Source: Blastocladiella emersonii ATCC 22665 (lineage: Eukaryota; Fungi; Blastocladiomycota). Taken from it: DNA of 64,000 nt. The position numbers were made by a program, and so were the translations under genes. Below are positions 54,422 through 64,000 of the stretch, one piece after another. The stretch's first letter is position 1, and each line of letters starts with the position of its first letter. Location of the stretch: NCBI GenBank assembly GCA_025594325.1, contig JANHCV010000013.1, positions 930,001-994,000 of the forward strand. The letters run 5' to 3'. Under the pieces are notes generated by a model. It worked only from the letters and a program-made list of their open reading frames with translations. It was not told the DNA's origin and made no database searches.

Positions 54422-57400
54422 TCATTCACCTATCCTACACGCCGCCTCGACCCACCCCCTCGCCGCCCGCTCGCCGTCAAACTCGATCTCGACCATCCAC
54501 TTCCCCTTCACCCACACCCTGACCCTCGCCCCGTTCACCCTATACTCCACCCTCCCGCCCCCGAGCGGCCACACCACCACCCCCTGCCTCCCCGCGGCGA
54601 CCACGACCAGCCGCAAACTCGGCACCACGCAAATAAACCCGGGCGTCCAGGAGCCCCACGCGCGGCGGACCGAGACGAACGCGCGCGGGACGTGGGCGGG
54701 GAGGAGCGCGATGAGCGCCGCGGAGCGAGGGGGTTTGCGCGACACGGTCGCGGTCGCGGTGCCCGAGGTCGCGCGGAGGAGGAGCGCGGGCGAGGGAGGG
54801 GAGGGGAGGCCGATACCCAGGTCCGCCACGGCGTCGGGTGGCGTGAATGAGGCGCCAGCGGGTGAGGAGGCGGGATCGTGGTCGGTGAAGGCGGCGGACG
54901 CGATGAGCCGGCTGGATTTCGGGCGGTACGCCGCCGCCGCGGCCACGTCTTTTGCCGCGGGACCCGCCGGCACCACGTCTTCGTCGCTCCCGCCGTCCTC
55001 GTCCTCGCCGACGGCCCACAGACTCGCGGCGTCGTCGGCGTCGATGAGCATCGTGATGACGCCCGGGTCGGGCACGGCCGCCTCCGCGTCGCGGCGGTGC
55101 GAGGCGCCCGCGGTGGTGAGGATGCTCGACTTGCGCCGTGCGAGGGCGGACGCGGGCGACAGGTGCGTCGCGCTGAGTCGGCGCCACCACGACGCGCGGC
55201 GGGTTGGGTCTGCTGCAGAGTCAGTGGCGGCGGCGGCGGCGGTGGTTGTTGGTGTGTGAGAGGTCGCGGACTCGCCGCGCGTTGCCGTAGCCGTAGCCGT
55301 AGCCGTAGCGGTACCCGACCTGTCGTCGCTAACACTCGACTGCGCGCCTCCCCCACCCCCGCCGCCCCTCGCGCCCTTCCCGACAGCCGCCGCCATCGCG
55401 ACCAGCGCAACGGGGACGGCCGCCGAATGCACCACGAGCCCCGCGACCGCCGCGACCACGGGCACCGTCCACAGGTGCACCATCGGCATCCGCGGCGCAC
55501 CCAGGAGAATCCCCACCCCCACACCGATCCCGACCCCGAGGTACTCGTACACGCGCGCCGCGGCACGCGGGTCCGCCGTGAGCGTGACGACGTTCCGCGT
55601 CTTTCGCACCAGCCACGCGGTAGCCGCGGCGAGGGGAACGTGCACCAGCACCACCGGAACGAGCGCGATCCACGCCGCCGTCTCTGGCCGCGGACATACC
55701 CGCGCGAACGACGGCGGCAAGGTCGCGAGCGGGACGAGATCCGCCGACGACCCGGCGACGGCGGCGGTCCACGGCGCGACGGCGACCGCGACGCCCGCGG
55801 CGCAGACCGCGAACGCGGCCATGATCTGGCGGATGGTGGTCCCGCGGACCGTGGCGAGGCGGCCGAACACGACGACCGAGAACGAGACGTTGGCGACGAT
55901 GGCGTGCACGCGCCAGACGCGGGCGGCGGTGGCGAACTGGATGGCGGCGAGGCCGAGGGACGTGAGAAATGCGCGGGCGGGGCACGCGGCGAGGGAGAGA
56001 GTGGGGAGAAAGAGGCCGAGGATCAGGAGCAGGGAGCCCGCGAGGTGCAGCGCGACGAGCGACGGGGACTGCACGCGGAGCGCGGGCTCGGTGCGCAGGC
56101 GGTACGTCGCGGCGAGAGTGAGCAGGATGAGGAGCGTCGTGAGCGAGGTGAGGAGAAGTAGGAGGAGCAGGTCGGCGTCGAGCCATGACGCGCGGCGGAT
56201 TGGGACGACTGCACACACACGCGCGACGTTAGTCCAGACGCTCGCGCGCACCACCGAAGAGCGTACCGTGATCCGCAGGCGGCACCCCGATCCACGCGCT
56301 CCACGTCGTCTCATGCGCGCGGATCCAGTCACACGCGACGTCCGCGACCTCCTCGCCGGCATCCAGCCGCGCGAGCATCCCGCGGAGCGCGTCGTCGGCG
56401 ACCGAGAACCCGCGCAGGAGCCCCGCGACCTGCGGGACCTCCTCCATTGTGCCCGGGTGTGCGAGTTTCTGGAGCACCTCGACGGGCCAGTCGCACTCGA
56501 GCCTCGTCTCCCCCGACCCCGCCAGCGTAGCGTTGAAGCGGGACCAGCACCCGGGCGTGTACCCCGGCAGATGCACGCGCTGCAAGGCGAACGCCGCGAG
56601 CGCTGGGTACGGCGCCCACGCATAGAATAGACACGTGCGGGCCGGGTCCGCCGCGGCGAGACACGCGGTGACGCGGGCGTCGAACGTGTCGCCGAGGTAC
56701 ACGACGACGAGCGGGAGACCCAGGTCGTGGATCCGTTGCTCGGTCTCGCCCGGATTCAGCCCGGGGCGGATGTGCCACAGCTCGCGGCAGATTCCCCCAA
56801 AGCGGCACTGCGGCGGGACGTACACGCCGTCGGTGCACACCGGCGCCCCGCACACGTACTCGCCCGTCAGCAACCTCGCGGGCGGCGTCGTCCCGGCTGG
56901 CGGGAGCAGCGCGAGGAGGTCCGGCAGCGCGAGCGAGCGCCACGAGTCGACCAAGATCTCCGGCCGCTGGTTTTCGAGGGAGCCGGGCAGGTACCACGAC
57001 ACGCTCCCCGCGTACCCGGTGGGCCCGAGATCGCGCACGGCGCGGGCCTCGGTCACGTACGCGCGGTACAGCGCGGCCTTGTTGGCGGGCCACACCTCGA
57101 GCGACGCGGTGGTGGTGCCCGAGGCGAGGCGCGGGTACACGCCCGCGGCCGAGTCGCGCTCTGAGAGCGAGACGGACAGGCCCAGGATGTCGCGCGCGAG
57201 GAAGGCGGCGAGGTGGGTTGTCACGTTGGCGCTGCACTCGCGCGAGGGGTCAGGTTGAGCGGGGAGGGGGAGGGAAGGGAGAGAACGTACGAAGCCCACG
57301 CGCCGTACTCGAGCACGACGGGCGGGTACACGCGGCGGACCACATCCTCGTCGGTCTCCAGCACCTGGACGTGGCCGAACTTGGCAGCGTCGGCGCGCGG

Positions 57401-57496
57401 GATGCACGCGGCGGCGGGCAGCGTGCGGGCGATGGCATGGGTTTCCGTGAAAGCGAGTGCAAGCAGTGCGAGCAGCAGCGCGGCACGAGGTGACAT
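54422..57496 (-). CDS. class C (GABA-B-like) GPCR with glycine-betaine/OpuAC-type extracellular binding domain
   Basis: Signal peptide MSPRAALLLALLALA; SLEVWP...LGPTGYAGSVSWYLP binding-domain motif; 7TM starting LRVQSPSLVALHLAG...ARVWRVHAIV. Confidence 0.7.
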
Positions 57497-57757
57497 GGTC
57501 GTTGCGCGTGGTTCATTTGCGGGGCGATCCGCGGGAGGGGGCGCGTGGACAGCCGCGGACACGATTGTGGTCCAAAGCGTTGGCGGCGAGAGGGGAGATG
57601 AGGGGAGACGCGCGCCGGGTGCTCGCGCAACACGCGCGCGCGTGGGAGACAATTGTGTTGACCGCCGGCGGTCCGGTCGAGGCCCTCAGGCGGCGCGAGG
57701 AGGGCAGGGAGAGTAACCTAATCCAGATGTTTTTTATGTACTGTACGCTCACCGTCA

Positions 57758-58172
57758 TCACGCCTGCGAGGTCGCCGCGGGTGCCGCGGCCGCTTGCCGC
57801 GCGGGACGCAGGCCGAGCTTGCGGTCGCGGATCTCGGCCTCGCGCTTGTTGATAAAGTGCTTGACCTGTTCTTTTGGCGGTTAGCAACCGTCCCTACGCA
57901 GCAACAACGCGAGCAAAACGCACCCAGGAGCTCGGACACGCCTTCTGGAACTCGGCGAGCTCGCGGAGGCACAGCGAGTTGGCGTCGACCGAGGGCGCGT
58001 CGATGCCGTAGGACCGGTCGAGGCACGCGAGGTAGCCGTCGCGCGCAGACCAGCACACGCGCCGCTTCGACTTGTCCGGGAACGCCGCCGACACGGGCGC
58101 GCCGGACCCGGGCGGCGCGGCAGCCGCGGCCACGGGGTTGACGGGCGAGGCGGGCGACGAGAAGAAGCCCAT
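57758..58172 (-). CDS. COA6: cytochrome c oxidase assembly factor 6-like (twin-Cys), two exons
   Basis: RRVCWSARDGYLACLD...C...FQKACPSSW|VKHF; intron GTGCGT...CTAAC...CAG (57866-57921 approx.). Confidence 0.75.
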
Positions 58173-58554
58173 TGTTTTGCGGTGACTGTTGTTGATGCGT
58201 TCTTGAAGGGGAGAGAGGAAGCGATGGACTGGCCGACGCGATCGGAGCCTCAAAGAGAGGCGTGACGTGATGTCACGCGCCGCAGAGACCTTTCCTTCCG
58301 GAGAGGTGCGCCACACGGCCGCCCGACGCGTTTCCCGGCTTGGCGTCGCTGCCCTCTCCTCCTGTCGGAAAGCCGCCCTTGCTCACGCGCCGCACGCCCA
58401 CACCAGTGCCCGCACCACTCTACGCATTCGCCATGTAACTATCTGCCCGCCCGCCCGGCCCTCGGCGTGAACGCGCGCGTGCTGACGCCCCGCCCTTGAC
58501 GCGTCGTCTCGCGTAGCCCACCCCCCTTGCACCGACCACCACCCTCAGTCCACC

Positions 58555-59063
58555 ATGGGTTTCATCGAGGAGCTCAAGTCCGGCAACGGCACCGTCTACG
58601 CCCAGTGGTACGCCCGCCCGCCCTTTTTGGGGGAGTCCCACCCGCTCACCGTCCCCCAAACCCGTGTAGGGGCGGCCTGCTGTCCATCATCTTCCTGGTG
58701 ATCGGCGGCTTCTCGAACCTGTTCTCGAGCCTGATCGTGTTCGCGTTTATCGCGTGGGCCGAGGCCTTCATCATGATCCTGCTCGAGATCCCCGTGTTCC
58801 AGAAGTGCTGCCCGCACGGCCCGCGCGTCCAGGCCTTTGTCAAGTACTTTGAGGGCAACTACCTGCGCGCCGTCCTCTACGTCGGCTTCTCGGTCCTCAT
58901 GTGGCTCACCCTGACCATCAGCTCGTCCTTCACCTTCTTCATCCTCGGCGCCCTCACCACGGCGTTTTCGGCCTTCTGCTACGGCATCGCCGGCCTCAAG
59001 AAGCAGGAGCGCCAGCCGTCCACGCTCACGGGCGCGAACCTCGGGCCCGGGTCGCTCCTGTAA
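58555..59063 (+). CDS. TVP18: Golgi membrane protein Tvp18/Flower family, two exons
   Basis: MGFIEELKSGNGTVYAQW...LLEIP..QKCCP..PR...NYLRAVLY, characteristic of Tvp18. Confidence 0.8.
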
Positions 59064-59528
59064 TTTTTTCTCGTTCTGATGCTGGTACCTGACCGATTAT
59101 AAGACTTATTTGATGCGCACACCCGCGTTGGTCTCCTGGAGCGAGCACGAGAAAAACGTCTCGCGGTGGCTCCAAATGAACGACGCGTCGCGCTCGCGCG
59201 TGGGAACTCGCTCCCCCGCCGAAACAAGCAACGGCCGCTGAGCCACCACCGCTCCGCGCACTCGGCGCACTTGGATGCTTCCACTCGGGCCACCACTTGC
59301 TTGTTTGCGAGCCAAGCGCGCTTCGCGGCGCGTCTCGCGATGCGCACGCGTCATCGAATCCGCGCGCTTGCGCCCGCGCCGAGGCGGACTGGATGCTTCC
59401 ACTTGTCGGTCCCTGCCCTCCCTCCCTTCCTCCCGCGACGACGACGACGACGACTCGCTGATGCATAAAGCGGCGCAACTGCCGCGATCCATGAAGACTT
59501 GCCACCAGATACACAAGACGACGACACC

Positions 59529-62248
59529 ATGCATCTTCTCCACCTCGCGCTGCTCGCGGTCCTCGCGGTCCTCGCCCTCTTCGCGACCGCGGCACGCGCC
59601 GCCGGCGACGTGCTGATCGACGGCACCTCGTTCTACAACACGGCGGGCCTCGAGATCGCCAACGACGGGTCCATGGCCGAGTGGACCATTGCGGGTGGCG
59701 GCATCCAGTTCCGCCCGCGCGCCGACGGCTCGAGCTACCTGTACACGACCGTCTACTGCCGCGACTACTCGCGCTTCTCGGGCGTGCGGCTGACCGTGAC
59801 CGCGCCCGCGGGCGCCGCCTTCACCGTCACGCTGCAGAACGCCGGCGCGCAGTGCCAGGATATCCGCGGGCCGCGGTATGATGTCAAGACGGCCGAGTAT
59901 GTGCGGTTCACGGGGTCCGGCGCGCCGCAGAGCGTGTTTCTGGGCTTCGGGCTGTTTGGGCTGCTCGACCCGGCGCGCGTGTCGGCGGTGGTGCTCTCGC
60001 AGTTTTCGAATGCGGGCGAGCGGTTTGTCCTGCACCGCGTCGAGTTTGATACCGGGACGGGGCCGACGCGGGTGTGTCCGACGTGCGCTTCCCTTCCCTC
60101 CCGCTCCGTGCACCGTCGCCGCGTCCACTCACCCGCGCCCGCCTCGCCTCCAGATTCCGCGACGCCATGGCGTGGGACCCGTTCAGCTCGCTCGCGTCAT
60201 GGACCGACGCGTCGCAAGCGGGCGGCGGCCCCGCCAACTACTTTTCGACCGGCCGCGCGCTGACCTTCACCGTGAACCCAACGACCGAGGTGCGCCCGAA
60301 ACTCCGCTACACCCCGCGCCGCTTCCTGGGCCCCGGCCGCCACCAGTGGCGCGTGTACACGCCGCGCCGCGCGCCGGGCACGACGGCGAGCATCGGCGCG
60401 TTCCTCTACTTTGACGACTACCACGAGCTCGACTTTGAGATCGGGTACGGCGCTGCCGACACGCGCCGCGCCCTGGGCGCGCGCGACCACCAGCTCCTCG
60501 CGTACGTGACGACGCAGGCGGTGGATGGCCGGTCGTGGGGCACGTTAAGCGGGACGCAGGTCGTGATTGACGGGAACGCGTGGCACGATCTCGCGCTCGA
60601 CCTCGACCTCGACGTCACGGGCACCCGGTTCGTCGTCAGCTGGTGGATCGACGGGCGCCGCGTGTTCCGCAGCGCGCAGGCGTGGGGGCCCGCTGCGGTT
60701 TCGGGGAACGGCTTCGCGGCGCTCGTCTCCCTCGAGAACCTGTGGTGGATGGGGCTCAAGCAGGGGCAGACCGGGTACCCCGGCCCGCCCACGTACGACC
60801 CGCGCGCGCCCCGCGTCTCGGCGACCTTTGACACGTACCAGTTCACGCCGAATACGCAGTGTCTCCCGCTCTCGGCACCGCTCCCGCTGCCGGGTGACGC
60901 GACGGCGGCCGCGGTCGTCGAGCCGTACGTCCCGAGCGGGGAGATGCGGAAGTGTAACGGCGCCGTGGCCGTGTGCACGAAGCGCGTCGCGGACGTCGTG
61001 TTCCCCGGCGCGCGCGGCGTCGGGACCGACACGGTCGCGTGCCGCGTGCCGGACCCGAACGTGTGCGGGCCGGGTACGACGACGGTGCTCGGGACGCGGA
61101 CGACGACGGTGTTCACGCCGACGAACGCGGCGTCGACGAGCACGAGCGCGACGGCGGCGCCGATGTCGGCTACGACTACGACTACGACTGGATCGGCCTC
61201 ATCGACCTCGACTCGCGCGGTCTCGACTCCCACGGCGTCCACGACACTCATGCCGCTCGCCGCGACGTCGCTCACGACCACGATTGTACCAACACCACCA
61301 TCCACCCGCACCTCCCCAACCACGGCCCTCGCCGCCCGCCCACGCCGCCGCTCCCCTCTGCACCCGCGCCAACTCCTCCCGCCACCGCCCTCCTGCACCG
61401 CGTCCTGCGCCGCGTCGCCGTACCCGGCGGCCTGCGCGTTCGCACACCAGCGGCTCGGCGTCGCGGACCTGCTCACGCGCGGCGTCCGCTGGCTCGACCT
61501 CGCCGTGTGCACCTCGCCCACCGGGCTCGTGATCTGTAGCGCGGGCGAGGCCGGGACCGCGTATGGTGCCAGTTTGGCGCAGGTTGTGGTCGAGGTACGC
61601 TAGGCGGGGTGAGAGAAGCTGGAGTGGTGACTGACCCGCGACGCCGCCGCCTGTGTAGCTCGCATCGTGGACCCGCGCGAACCCGACCGAGCTCGTCGTC
61701 GTGTACCTGTCGCGCGCCGACGACGCGGCCGGCGCAGTGCGCGCGATCGCGGCGGGGATCGGCGGCGCCATGTACCGCGGCTTTGGGATTGAGAACGAGG
61801 TCGTCGGCGCGCTCCTTGACCGCGGCGTCCGCGTCGTTGTCGCGGCGAAGCGCAGGGTCGCGGCGGGGGTCGCGGATGTGCAGACGGTACGCTCTCCCCC
61901 TTGCTCTCGCTCTTTCACCCGCCCGACGACTAACCTCCTCTCGCGTAGTTCTCCGCCATCGACGTCTCGCCCACCACCCTCGCCCCCTCCGCCTCCGCCA
62001 TCGCCGCCGCATGCCAGCAATCGGGCCGCATCATCCTCGGCGCGTACGGCGTGCTCCCGCTCGACACCTCTCGCGTCCCGGCGCTCCGCGGCAAGGCGCC
62101 GTGCAACGCGCAGCTCCAGGACACCGTTAGCGCGGGAGACTGGCTCGCGGCGGTCCCCGCCGGGTGTAAGGTGCAGGCCGTCGTCAAGGGGTTCGCGGAC
62201 GTGTCGCAGGGGATGTTTGAGGGAGTCGAGGGGGTGAATGTGGCGTAG
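59529..62248 (+). CDS. secreted multidomain protein: GH16-like catalytic domain plus PI-PLC-like (TIM-barrel phosphodiesterase) region, spliced
   Basis: Signal peptide; ELDFE motif (GH16 ExDxE); S/T-rich linker; LLTRGVRWLDL (PLC-like GVR.LD). Confidence 0.55.
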
Positions 62249-62460
62249 CGAGCGCGAGGGGAGGGGTGTACATAAAGACTGGCACTTTCGATTGATTTGT
62301 GTGGCCGCGTTCGGAGGGAACCAGCGCCCCTGACGGGACGCGCGAGACGCGACGAACAATCATGTGATGGAGAGCAGAGTGAAACGAAACGCGCGAGGCA
62401 GAGTGCGCGTCGCGCTCCGTTGGAATCCATGAATCCCATGAACTAGACCCGCACCACACC

Positions 62461-63768
62461 ATGCAACGGCTTTCGATCGAGCTGGTCGAGCGGATCCTCG
62501 TACACGTCGTCCAGATCGACCCGCGCGGCGCCGACCCGCTCGCGCTTCTCTCCGTCGCGCCCGGCCTCTTGCGCCTCAAGCGCGCCATCCTCGATTGCTC
62601 GCTGCACCCTCGCACCTGGAAATTTCTCCGCGGCCGCGCCGACGAGCCCAACCGCGACGCCCTGGCCGAGGACCGCTGGGCCGCCCTCACCGCGGGCAAC
62701 CCCCGCGCGACGACGCGCCACCTCGCGCGCCTGTGCGCCGACGGCCGCTACGACTGCCTGGACCGGTGGCTGCTCGCGGGCCGCGCGTTCCCGCCATCGC
62801 CGCTGTTCGTCGACCTCGCGTCCGCACACGACCAGATCCTCGTCCTGCGGTGGCTCGCGCAGCGCGGGCTCGCGGGCCAGTACACGTGGTCCGCGATCGA
62901 CGACGAGGCCCGCGCGCGCGCACTGGACGCGCTCGACTGGTGGATTCGGCCCAACGACCGCCCGGCGCTGCCCGCGGCCGACGTGCGGACGATCCGCGCG
63001 ACGCTGATGCGTGCAGTGGAGCGGGATGACGCGGCGGTGCTCTCCCGCCTGCTGAAGCTCGACCTCGAGCACTGGCGCGGCGACGACAACGAGCGGTACA
63101 ATTACCGCCTGGCGGAAGCCGCCGTCGACGGCCGCCGCGTGCAGATCCTCCGCGCCATGTTCTGGCACCTGCCCGACGCGAACATCACCGCCAAGTCCGT
63201 GTACTGGATCCACGAGGCGTGCGACGCGGTCGACCGCGAGAACGTCGCGTTCCTCGACTGGATGTACCGCGATGTCCCCGAGAACCGCCTCGACATGTTC
63301 AGCGAGCTCGATCCGAGCGACAAGGAGTACGGCGTCGGCGCGATCCAGGCCGCCGACGACGCGGGCGACTACGGGTACGACCTCGCCGCGGACGCGTTCC
63401 TCGCCAAGGAGGAAGAGTACGCCGACGACGAGTACGCCGTGTGCGCGGGCGCGGGGCTCGCCGCCGAGCGGTTCTGGGCGTTCATGACCGGGTACGCGAG
63501 CAAGCGGAACAAGGTCTCGGTCCTCAAATGGCTCCGCAAGACAATCCCGCGCGACGAGTTCGTCTGCCCGCTCGGCTGGTCGGTCGTCGAGACGGGCGAC
63601 GACGAGGACGCGGCGCTCGAGCGGCTCGAGTGGTGGGGCAAGTCGGGCGTGGAGCTCAAGGTCGGCCGGAACCACGTCCAGTGCGCCCGCGAGTTTGCGG
63701 ACAAGTGCGGGTTCAGCAAGATCGCGACGTGGTGGGCGGACAAGAAGAAGTGGGCCGTGGCGCCGTGA
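62461..63768 (+). CDS. F-box-like plus ankyrin-repeat protein, paralogue of 11561-12901
   Basis: Shared MQRLSIELVERIL..VV.IDPRG start, GV.AIQ.A.D.GDY motif and CPLGWS.VE..D..DAAL.RL.WW..SGV.LK.GRNHV.CA end. Confidence 0.8.
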   Translation: MQRLSIELVERILVHVVQIDPRGADPLALLSVAPGLLRLKRAILDCSLHPRTWKFLRGRADEPNRDALAEDRWAALTAGNPRATTRHLARLCADGRYDCLDRWLLAGRAFPPSPLFVDLASAHDQILVLRWLAQRGLAGQYTWSAIDDEARARALDALDWWIRPNDRPALPAADVRTIRATLMRAVERDDAAVLSRLLKLDLEHWRGDDNERYNYRLAEAAVDGRRVQILRAMFWHLPDANITAKSVYWIHEACDAVDRENVAFLDWMYRDVPENRLDMFSELDPSDKEYGVGAIQAADDAGDYGYDLAADAFLAKEEEYADDEYAVCAGAGLAAERFWAFMTGYASKRNKVSVLKWLRKTIPRDEFVCPLGWSVVETGDDEDAALERLEWWGKSGVELKVGRNHVQCAREFADKCGFSKIATWWADKKKWAVAP

Positions 63769-64000
63769 GCGCTGCTCGCTCCCTTAGCGGCGCTGGCTCC
63801 GGGCGGGAGACGTGGATGTGAGCGCAGTTTGAATACATGTCGTTCGTTTCATACAGTTGCCCCCGATTTCGCCGACCCACTCCAAGTGTGAACAATCATG
63901 TAAGTTGCGTTACGGCATCGCTCGGTGCCGAGGGAGAGCTGGGCAAGCTGGCGTTCGCCTGCAGGGTGCGAGACGTGACGAACAATCATGTGACGCGAAG

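Noticed and set aside
41413-63821. Numerous R/A/P/G-rich ORFs overlapping host genes
   Set aside because: Alternative-frame artefacts of very high GC content.
1-64000. rRNA or tRNA genes; prokaryotic origin of the window
   Set aside because: None recognised; GT-AG introns with CTAAC branch sites and COA6/TVP18/CUE genes show a eukaryotic host.

Overview
This is eukaryotic DNA: GC-rich, with short spliceosomal introns, and gene families suggesting a zoosporic fungus such as Blastocladiomycota (inference). The main feature is a 22.3-kb endogenous Polinton-like/Maverick-type DNA virus at 18753-41080. It is bounded by 1022-bp terminal inverted repeats (TIRs) and a 5-bp target-site duplication (TSD, CAAGG), and each end is a perfect 26-bp palindrome. 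It encodes major and minor capsid proteins, a packaging ATPase, a fibre-like protein, a Maverick-type rve integrase, a tyrosine recombinase and a PrimPol-SF2 helicase. I found no protein-primed PolB and no adenovirus-type protease. The end structure suggests a hairpin-ended linear virus genome (inference). A full-length chromovirus (Ty3/Gypsy) LTR retrotransposon at 24313-29633 splits the packaging ATPase. The virus itself interrupts a reading frame paralogous to an adjacent catalytically dead Ty3-pol-derived gene. The flanks hold accessory host genes (DUF4470, LRR, ankyrin and LEA_2 families) and, on the right, core host genes (TmcB/C-like, CUE, class C GPCR, COA6, TVP18, GH16-like).
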